Below, one piece after another: positions 16,786-23,664 of a stretch of DNA of 32,000 nucleotides. Position 1 is the first letter of the stretch, and every line of letters begins with the position of its first letter. Position numbers and translations under genes: made by a program. The stretch covers positions 1,710,001-1,742,000 of the forward strand of contig NZ_AP014945.1 in assembly GCF_001548275.1 (NCBI RefSeq), read 5' to 3'. The notes under the pieces were generated by a model, which saw only the letters and a program-made list of their open reading frames with translations, did no database searches and had not been told where the DNA came from. Origin of the DNA: Caldimicrobium thiodismutans (GTDB lineage Bacteria; Desulfobacterota; Thermodesulfobacteria; Thermodesulfobacteriales; Thermodesulfobacteriaceae).

Positions 16786-17796
16786 ATGTCAAAGAAGAAA
16801 CCTCCCATTCCCTATGACCTTTTTGCCAAGGCCTTCCTCAAAGACCCTGAAAACTTAAAAGGCTTCCTCTCAACCTTCCTCCCTGATCACATTAAAACTC
16901 ATCTTGACCTTGACTCCCTTAAAATTATCCCTGAAGAACAGGTTTCTCTCTCAAGAAAAAAGCGAGAAATCCCAGATCTTGTTGCAGAGGTTAATCTCCT
17001 TAGTGAAGGTAAACCTTCAACCAAAGCCCATCTCTACATCCTTATTGAGCACAAAAGTGCACCTGATAAAAGAATTTACCTTCAGATTTTAAATTACATA
17101 ACCGCTTTAAATGAGAGGTCTTTCAAGGAGGGGAAGGGGTATGTGCCTGTTTTACCTCTTGTGTTTTATGAAGGGGATAAGCCCTGGGAGTATCCTGAAA
17201 GGATAGAGGAGATATTTTCAGTGCCAGAGGGGTTAAAGGGGGAACTTTTTAAGCTTCATGTGGTAGATTTAAAGAGGGTAGAGGATGAGAAGATTTTGAG
17301 GGTATTTGATATTTTAGCAGGGCTTGGGTGTTATCTTTATTTAATGAAGGCGGAAGCACTGGAATTTGATGAGATAATTGAAGTTATTACAAGGGCGACA
17401 GAGAGATTAGTAGCAATAGGGGAGAAAGGAAGATGGGAGATGGGGTTTTTGATAGAGATAGCAGTAATAAAGAGTGGGGTTGACGAGGAGGTAATCTGGT
17501 TTAATATATTAGATAGTTGTGAAGAAGAGGGGGTAAAGATGGAGTTAAAGAGCTTTTGGGATAAAGTGGGAGAGAAGTTTTATAAGCAGGGTATTGAGCA
17601 GGGGAAATATCAGGGGTTAATACAGAATGCAAGGGAGCTTGTGCTTGAGGCCATAGAGGTGAAGCTTGGGTATGTGCCGGAGGAAGTGAGGGAGAGGGTG
17701 GTAAGGGAAGAGGATAGAGGAGTTCTCAAGGAGTGGCTGAGGAAAATAATTCTTGCGAAGAGCTCTGAAGATATCTTTCAACTTTTTGAAAATTGA
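16786..17796 (+). CDS. Rpn-family recombination-promoting nuclease / YhgA-like putative transposase (PD-(D/E)XK)
   Basis: N-terminus PYDLFAKAFLKDPENLKGFLSTFLP, then the nuclease core ...PDLVAEV...HLYILIEHKSAPDKRIYLQILNYI, plus a helical C-terminal extension typical of this family. Confidence 0.75.
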   Translation: MSKKKPPIPYDLFAKAFLKDPENLKGFLSTFLPDHIKTHLDLDSLKIIPEEQVSLSRKKREIPDLVAEVNLLSEGKPSTKAHLYILIEHKSAPDKRIYLQILNYITALNERSFKEGKGYVPVLPLVFYEGDKPWEYPERIEEIFSVPEGLKGELFKLHVVDLKRVEDEKILRVFDILAGLGCYLYLMKAEALEFDEIIEVITRATERLVAIGEKGRWEMGFLIEIAVIKSGVDEEVIWFNILDSCEEEGVKMELKSFWDKVGEKFYKQGIEQGKYQGLIQNARELVLEAIEVKLGYVPEEVRERVVREEDRGVLKEWLRKIILAKSSEDIFQLFEN

Positions 17797-17940
17797 TAAT
17801 TTCATAATTTTTACAACTTATCTAACTTTATCAACTGTTATGGCTTTGTTAGAAATTTGTAAGGGTTAAAATTTTAAACTCCTTCAACAAAATTCTTTTT
17901 TTAAAAGACGCTGTTAAATATTTCAATTATAAGGCGGGGG

Positions 17941-18156
17941 TATAAGTTCAGATCCTTACAAGAAAAAGGAAGTGGGGTAAAAGGGGAATTAGATATCTAT
18001 ACAGGTGAGGCTTTATAAGTTTGTAAAAGTAACACAGGCAATCTTGCCTGTGGAGGTAAATTACACTCCAATCTGTGAAAGAAACACAGACAAGAATGTC
18101 TGTGCTACAACAGACCCCCAAAAAAATTCAAGGGGTATAAAATTTTAAACCCCTAC
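17941..18156 (+). repeat. Copy 2 (full length, ~216 bp) of the dispersed two-hairpin intergenic repeat
   Basis: About 94% identical by eye to 25777..25992. Hairpins: 18033..18052 (CACAGGCA ATCT TGCCTGTG) and 18085..18104 (CACAGACA AGAA TGTCTGTG). A third weaker stem is AGGGGT-N12-ACCCCT at 18130..18154. Confidence 0.9.
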
Positions 18157-18193
18157 TATTTAAGTCTCAAAAGATATGGACTTAGACATTTGC

Positions 18194-18221
18194 TTGACAA
18201 AATGAAAAATTGGCTTAAATT
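18194..18221 (+). promoter_or_regulatory. Candidate sigma70-type promoter of rplM-rpsI(-argC)
   Basis: TTGACA 18194..18199, 16-nt spacer, TAAATT 18216..18221. Preceded by the shared module AGTCTCAAAAGATATGGACTTA (18163..18184), which also occurs upstream of the fhs promoter. Confidence 0.5.
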
Positions 18222-18251
18222 TGAGGAAAAACTTTTTGAGGGAGGAAAAAG

Positions 18252-18698
18252 ATGCCTTCTTTCTTAACTCCACAAACTCCTTGGGTAAAAAAGGAGGAGG
18301 TCAAGAGAAACTGGTATTTGATTGATGCCAAGGATAAGGTTCTGGGAAGACTTGCTTCTCAACTTGCTTATATGCTTCAGGGTAAGCACAGGGCTGATTA
18401 TTCTCCTCATGTAGATCAAGGAGATTTCTTTGTTATCATCAATGCGGACAAAGTTAAGCTAACTGGTAAAAAACTTGACCAGAAGACCTATTGGAGACAT
18501 AGCGGCTATATGGGTGGTCTTAAACTTGAGACTGCAAGAGAGCTTCTCCAAAAAAAGCCTGAGGAGCTTATTTTACTTGCAGTAAAAAGAATGCTACCCA
18601 GAAATCGTATGAGAAATAAACTTCTTAAAAAGATAAAGGTTTATGCCGGGGAGGTTCATCCCCATCAAGCTCAAAATCCTCAACCCATGGAATTTTAA
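18252..18698 (+). CDS. rplM: 50S ribosomal protein L13
   Basis: W.LIDA....LGRLAS.LA..L.GKH...Y.PH.D.GD.V.IINA.K...TG.K...K.Y..HSGY.GG is the canonical L13 pattern. Confidence 0.95.
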   Translation: MPSFLTPQTPWVKKEEVKRNWYLIDAKDKVLGRLASQLAYMLQGKHRADYSPHVDQGDFFVIINADKVKLTGKKLDQKTYWRHSGYMGGLKLETARELLQKKPEELILLAVKRMLPRNRMRNKLLKKIKVYAGEVHPHQAQNPQPMEF

Positions 18699-18715
18699 AG
18701 GAGGTTAGATAGACT

Positions 18716-19105
18716 ATGAATAGCTTATATGCCACCGGAAAGAGAAAGACTTCAGTAGCAAGAGTCTGGCTTTTACCAGGCGAGGGAGAGATTCTGGTAA
18801 ATGAAAAGCCCTTTTCAGAGTATTTTAAGGATCACCTTGTTGCAGAGGATGTAATTTTTGGACCTTTTAGGGTTGCTAATTTACTGGGCAAGTTTAATGT
18901 GAAATGCACTGTTGAAGGTGGAGGAAAATCTGCTCAGGCTGAAGCCATTCGCCATGGCATCGCCAGAGCCTTAGTAGAATATAATCCAGAGCTTAAACCC
19001 CTTTTAAGAAAAGCAGGCTTCATTACTCGGGACCCCAGAGAAAAAGAGAGAAAAAAATATGGCCTTCGGGGAGCCAGAAGGGGTCAGCAATACTCCAAGC
19101 GTTAG
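18716..19105 (+). CDS. rpsI: 30S ribosomal protein S9
   Basis: YATGKRK.SVARV.L.PG.G...VN.......GGG..GQA.A.RHGIARAL........LR.AGF.TRD.R.KERKKYG...ARR..Q.SKR is the canonical S9 pattern. Confidence 0.95.
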   Translation: MNSLYATGKRKTSVARVWLLPGEGEILVNEKPFSEYFKDHLVAEDVIFGPFRVANLLGKFNVKCTVEGGGKSAQAEAIRHGIARALVEYNPELKPLLRKAGFITRDPREKERKKYGLRGARRGQQYSKR

Positions 19106-19111
19106 GATCAG

Positions 19112-20152
19112 GTGTGCGTGATCTCTGTTGCTATAGTTGGGGCAAGTGGTTATACTGGGCTTGAACTGCTCAGGCTTTTAAGTTACCATCCTGAAGTAGA
19201 AGTAACCACTATTACCTCAAGGGAACTTGCTGGAAAATGTCTATCCGAGGTCTATGGCTTTTCAGGAAAGTTTGCCTCCTTAATCTTTGAAGAACCAGAC
19301 CCAGAAGTTATATGCAAAAAGGCTCAGGCAGTTTTTTTATGCCTTCCTGCAGGAAAATCTCAGGAAATGGCAAGAATCTTTCTTGAAAATGATCTAAAAG
19401 TTATTGATTTATCAGCAGATTTTCGTTTTAAAAATCTTGAGGTCTATCAGAAAACTTATAAAATTGAGCATAAATTTCCGGAACTTGCTCAAAAGGCAGT
19501 TTATGGTCTTCCTGAGATCTATGGGGAAGAGATAAAAGAGGCAAGCTTAATTGGTAATCCCGGTTGCTATCCTACATCTGTGCTTATCCCCCTTATCCCT
19601 CTGTTAATGGAGGGGCTAATTGAAAAGGAAGAAATTATTGTTGACTCTAAAAGTGGAACCTCTGGAGCAGGTAGAAAAGCAGAGAACTATTACAGTTTTT
19701 GTGAGGTAAATGAAGATTTTAAGGCCTATAAAGTGGCTGATCATAGACACACCCCTGAAATGGAGGAAAAACTCTCTCAATTCGCTGGGACATCTATTAG
19801 GCTTATCTTTACCCCGCATTTATTACCAGTAAATCGAGGAATTTTTTCTACTATTTATGTAAAATTCAGGGCCTCCCTCAATAGGGTTTATGAATACCTC
19901 AGAGATTTTTACAAAGATAAACCCTTTGTTGAGGTCCTGTCTCTTGGTAGATATCCCCGCATATCTGAGGTTAGGGGAACTAATTTCTGTAAGTTTTCCC
20001 TTTTTGAAGATAAAGAAAGGGGTAGGGGGATTATCCTTTCAGTAATTGATAATCTTGTTAAAGGGGCAAGTGGCCAGGCAATTCAGAATTTAAACCTTAT
20101 AATGGGCTTGCCTGAAGACTTAGGTCTTCCAAAAAGTCCCCTTTTTGTGTAA
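19112..20152 (+). CDS. argC: N-acetyl-gamma-glutamyl-phosphate reductase
   Basis: VAIVGASGYTGLELLRLL..HPEV......GNPGCYPT (active-site Cys)...DNL.KGASGQA.QN.NL. The GTG at 19118 (MISVAIVGASGYTG) is the more likely start, given AGGA at 19104..19107. Confidence 0.9.
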   Translation: MCVISVAIVGASGYTGLELLRLLSYHPEVEVTTITSRELAGKCLSEVYGFSGKFASLIFEEPDPEVICKKAQAVFLCLPAGKSQEMARIFLENDLKVIDLSADFRFKNLEVYQKTYKIEHKFPELAQKAVYGLPEIYGEEIKEASLIGNPGCYPTSVLIPLIPLLMEGLIEKEEIIVDSKSGTSGAGRKAENYYSFCEVNEDFKAYKVADHRHTPEMEEKLSQFAGTSIRLIFTPHLLPVNRGIFSTIYVKFRASLNRVYEYLRDFYKDKPFVEVLSLGRYPRISEVRGTNFCKFSLFEDKERGRGIILSVIDNLVKGASGQAIQNLNLIMGLPEDLGLPKSPLFV

Positions 20153-20275
20153 AATTTAAGCTGTGATCCTGGCTTTTTTATATCCAGCTCTCCTTTTGAG
20201 ACCCCAAGTTATGAAGAATTTTCAGCTTACTGGGTTTGCTCTCTTTGAAGAGAAAATTGAAAGGGCCTTTTATTT

Positions 20276-21082
20276 ATGAGTGAACCATTGGTTAGAAATA
20301 TAAGACTTTTTATAGCTTATGATGGAACTAATTATCTTGGTTTTCAGATTCAACCCAAGGGTCCAACCATTCAGGGTATTTTACAAGATATATTAAGTCA
20401 GGTTCTGGGGCACAAGGTAAAGATTCGTTCTGCAGGAAGAACTGATGCTGGAGTGCATGCCCTTTGTCAGGTGGCTCATTTTTTAACCACCTCTGACAAA
20501 CCATTGGAGGTTATCTTCAGGGCCTTAAGTGGCCTTTTACCTCGGGATATTTCAGTTTGGCAGATAGAGGAAGTGGATTTTAAATTTCATCCCCAGAGGG
20601 ATGCCCTTAAAAAGACTTATCAATATAATATTTACAACTACTTTGTGAGAAATCCCCTGTTAAGACTCTATTCTTACTGGGTGCCAGAGCCCCTTAATAT
20701 TTCAGCCATGCAGGCTTGCCTCCCTGAAATTATTGGCACAAAGGATTTTGCAAGTTTTCGTAAATCCGGGACAGACATAAAAACCACTGTCAGAACCATC
20801 TATTCAGCGGAGCTTAAGTGGTCAGATACCTTCAACCATCTCCTTGTCTTTGAGATAACTGGCCAGGGTTTTATGCGCTACATGGTAAGGAATCTTGTAG
20901 GGGCTCTCCTTGAGGTAGGCAGAGGTAAAATGAGTCTTGAGGAGTTTAAAGAGGTTTTAGAAGCAAAGGACAGGAGAGTTGCCCCACCTCCAGCGCCACC
21001 TCAGGGATTAATTTTAAAGCACATTGAATATAAAGAGATTAAAATTATAGATCGTTATCCCCCATATCAAGTCCAGTTATGA
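20276..21082 (+). CDS. truA: tRNA pseudouridine(38-40) synthase
   Basis: IAYDGTNYLGFQIQP...GRTDAGVHA (catalytic Asp)...FASF...GQGFMRYMVRNLVG.L..VG.G. Confidence 0.9.
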   Translation: MSEPLVRNIRLFIAYDGTNYLGFQIQPKGPTIQGILQDILSQVLGHKVKIRSAGRTDAGVHALCQVAHFLTTSDKPLEVIFRALSGLLPRDISVWQIEEVDFKFHPQRDALKKTYQYNIYNYFVRNPLLRLYSYWVPEPLNISAMQACLPEIIGTKDFASFRKSGTDIKTTVRTIYSAELKWSDTFNHLLVFEITGQGFMRYMVRNLVGALLEVGRGKMSLEEFKEVLEAKDRRVAPPPAPPQGLILKHIEYKEIKIIDRYPPYQVQL

Positions 21083-21094
21083 GGAGGTGCTGAG

Positions 21095-22294
21095 ATGATT
21101 AAACTTTCTGAAAGGGTAAAAGCCTTAAAGCCTTCTGCAACTCTGGCAGTAGATGCCAAGGCTAAGGCCTTGAAAGAGCAAGGAGTAGATGTCATTAATC
21201 TTTCCGCAGGGGAGCCAGATTTTGATACCCCTGAGCCAATTAAAGAGGCTTGTATAAAGGCTTTGAAAGAGGGGATTACCAAGTATGCCCCAACACCGGG
21301 TTTTTTGAGCCTAAGAAAGGCCATTTGCCAAAAAATTTATGAAGATTATGCCCTTGAGTATCAGCCTGATGAGGTGATCGTATCAACAGGAGCTAAACAG
21401 GCTATTTTTAATCTCCTTCTGGCTCTTGTTGATGAGGGAGATGAGGTGCTTGTCCTTTCACCCTATTGGGTTTCCTATCCAGAGATGGTGGTTTGTGCAG
21501 GAGGTCGGCCAAAGATAGTGCCCTCAAGTTTTGAAAAACGATTTGAGCCTGAACTTGAGATAATTGAATCCACTATTACCCCTAAAACAGTTGGAATAAT
21601 AGTAAATAGTCCCTCCAACCCAACAGGCTTGATTTATACAGGGGATTTCTGGAAGGGACTTGCAGAACTTATTGAAAAACATAACCTCTGGCTAATAAGT
21701 GATGATATTTATGATAAATTGAGATTTGATGAGGCATCTCCTGAAAATATTTTAAGTTATGCTCCAGAGCTTAAAAGCAGGGTTTTTATTGTGAATGGTG
21801 TTTCAAAGACCTATGCTATGACAGGCTGGAGAATAGGCTGGGCCCTTGGTCCAAAGGAAGTAATTTCAGCCTGCGTAAAAATTCAAGGCCAGAGTACAAG
21901 TCATGCTACCTCTTTTGCCCAGAAGGGAGCAGAAGCAGCTCTTAAAACCCCTGCAGAGGAGATTAATAAGATGGTAAAGGCCTTTGCAAAAAGGGCTTCA
22001 GTTTTGAGCTCTGCTCTGCAGGAAATCCCTGAAATAGATTTTATACCCCCTCAAGGGGCCTTTTATCTTTTTGCCAGGGTCTCTGCCTATTATGGAAAAA
22101 AGACCCATGAAGGTAAGGTTATTCAAAATTCCATAGATATGGCGGAATATTTACTTGATAGGGCTCAGGTAGCAGTGGTTCCAGGGGTTGCCTTTGGAGA
22201 AGATGAATTTTTACGATTTTCCTATGCTACCTCTGAGGAAAATTTACTAAAAGCGGTAAAACGGATAAAGGAGGCTCTAAATGCCCTGACCTAA
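21095..22294 (+). CDS. PLP-dependent aminotransferase, class I (aspartate aminotransferase-like)
   Basis: LSAGEPDFDTP....A......G.TKY....G...LR.AI........SNPSNPTG........SDDIYD.L......NGVSKTYAMTGWRIGW (PLP-Lys). Confidence 0.85.
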   Translation: MIKLSERVKALKPSATLAVDAKAKALKEQGVDVINLSAGEPDFDTPEPIKEACIKALKEGITKYAPTPGFLSLRKAICQKIYEDYALEYQPDEVIVSTGAKQAIFNLLLALVDEGDEVLVLSPYWVSYPEMVVCAGGRPKIVPSSFEKRFEPELEIIESTITPKTVGIIVNSPSNPTGLIYTGDFWKGLAELIEKHNLWLISDDIYDKLRFDEASPENILSYAPELKSRVFIVNGVSKTYAMTGWRIGWALGPKEVISACVKIQGQSTSHATSFAQKGAEAALKTPAEEINKMVKAFAKRASVLSSALQEIPEIDFIPPQGAFYLFARVSAYYGKKTHEGKVIQNSIDMAEYLLDRAQVAVVPGVAFGEDEFLRFSYATSEENLLKAVKRIKEALNALT

Positions 22295-22704
22295 GGGCAA
22301 ACCCTCCTTGTTTCCTCTTTAACTAATTTACCATACTCGTAATACTGGACCTTTACCCACTCACATTGTCCTTCTGATTTAACTGGCTGGGCATAGACCT
22401 TTTGAACTCTATCTTCACTTTCATAGGTAACGGATTTTCTGGTTTTTGCTGAATCGTGACTTGCTCTGTCCATAATATAAGAAGCAGTTCCTCCAATAAC
22501 AGCTCCAATAGCAGAACCAAGGACTGCTCCTCTCCAGCGATTATTTTTGTCAAAAAGAACACCCAGGACACCTCCTGCAACAGCCCCAACAGTTGCTCCC
22601 TCTTTGGTCCTCTGGTTAAGATCAGGGGTGCATCCTGTAAAAAGGCTTACAGCTAAAAGAAAAATTAGTAAAGACCCCCAAAGTCTGTTAAGATTTTTCA
22701 GCAT
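22291..22704 (-). CDS. Small glycine-zipper lipoprotein (17-kDa-antigen / YMGG-like)
   Basis: Signal peptide with lipobox LFTG|C. Two Gly-zipper segments (GATVGAVAGGVLGV, GAVLGSAIGAVIGG). Its stop overlaps the aminotransferase stop by 4 nt in a convergent arrangement. Confidence 0.7.
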   Translation of the reverse strand: MLKNLNRLWGSLLIFLLAVSLFTGCTPDLNQRTKEGATVGAVAGGVLGVLFDKNNRWRGAVLGSAIGAVIGGTASYIMDRASHDSAKTRKSVTYESEDRVQKVYAQPVKSEGQCEWVKVQYYEYGKLVKEETRRVCP

Positions 22705-22992
22705 AGGTGACCTCCTGCAATTTTTTTGTTTATAATATACCCATGTTTCCTTTGCTTAAATTTAAGAAAACGGGGGACAAGAACTCCATATCACCTGGGC
22801 TTAAAAGCCCCAAAATGAGTCTGTCCCAACTCCCAAAGAGAAGGTTTAAGCTAAAACCCATTGCCACACGGGAGGATGGAGTAAGGCACAACTTTAATTC
22901 TATTCCCATCAAATATTTAGTAGAAGGATTAATAATTCCGGGGTGATTTGCCATGGCTAACTTTTTTACCTATTTTCTGATAGTTGACTCCT

Positions 22993-23664
22993 TTAATTAA
23001 TTTTAACATTTTTGGGTGGTGTAAATTTAAAAACTCTATCTGGGATGTCCAGATTGTATTCTAAGCTCTTAAAGGTAATTCTGACCCTTTCACCTGAAAA
23101 GTAATGAAGTAAAAGCTCCTGAACCTCTCCATTTGCAAGATTTACGCGAAGGGAGATCTTTTCTACCTGGCTATCCTGATATGCGGGGAGAAAATTTAAC
23201 TGCCACAACCCTTCATCAAGGACCTTAAAGCTTTCAAGTTTTAAATCTTTACGCAAGTTTCCCCTTCCACTCATAAAACCAAGGGCAAGTTGAGAGGATA
23301 GGGCCTTACCACTAGGATAGACAAAGGCCTGATTTTCTTCAGGATAATATACATAGATGTTTCTGCTATCAGAAATGATTATGAATTTTTCAGGGGTATT
23401 ATATTCCCAGCGAAAAAGACCAGGTTTTTTCATCCAGATTTTTCCTGAGCGATTCTCTTTATTGCCATTGGGAAAAATAGTTTCCTGAGAGAAGGATCCC
23501 CGGAGGGTCTGGGTTTGGCTGTAAAAGTGCTGAATTTTTTCAAGGACCTCCTCAACAGACTGAGCCTTTAGCTCTTTAAAGGGGCTTGCGAGGACCAATA
23601 ACAGGGCGAGGACGAACACCATCACTGGGACCAAGTATACCCTCTTCTTCCATTTTTTCAACAA
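22993..23664 (-). CDS. lolA: Outer-membrane lipoprotein carrier protein LolA
   Basis: Signal peptide, then ...F.Q........R...G.iw.kKPG.FRWEY..P....I.SD....Y.Y is LolA-like. The conserved ftsK-lolA synteny supports the call. The start is uncertain: TTG at 23664 overlaps ftsK by 89 nt, and ATG at 23622 is the alternative. Confidence 0.75.
   Translation of the reverse strand: MLKKWKKRVYLVPVMVFVLALLLVLASPFKELKAQSVEEVLEKIQHFYSQTQTLRGSFSQETIFPNGNKENRSGKIWMKKPGLFRWEYNTPEKFIIISDSRNIYVYYPEENQAFVYPSGKALSSQLALGFMSGRGNLRKDLKLESFKVLDEGLWQLNFLPAYQDSQVEKISLRVNLANGEVQELLLHYFSGERVRITFKSLEYNLDIPDRVFKFTPPKNVKIN

Noticed and set aside
18097-18141. 14-codon ORF inside the repeat (ATG TCT GTG ... GGG GTA TAA, MSVLQQTPKKIQGV), also present in copy 3.
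   Set aside because: The ATG is ATA in copy 1 and the downstream frame is not conserved there. There is no SD, and the ATG is part of the hairpin stem.
18252-20152. argC directly following rplM-rpsI (6-nt gap) as an odd fusion of ribosomal and arginine-biosynthesis genes.
   Set aside because: As far as I recall, this rplM-rpsI-argC adjacency occurs in other deltaproteobacterial-type genomes, so I do not consider it novel.
22707-22954. Two mutually antisense ORFs (79 aa on plus, 74 aa on minus) in the lolA-lipoprotein spacer.
   Set aside because: Neither has an SD, a signal or a recognisable motif, and they exclude each other. The region is kept only as 'unexplained' in the findings.
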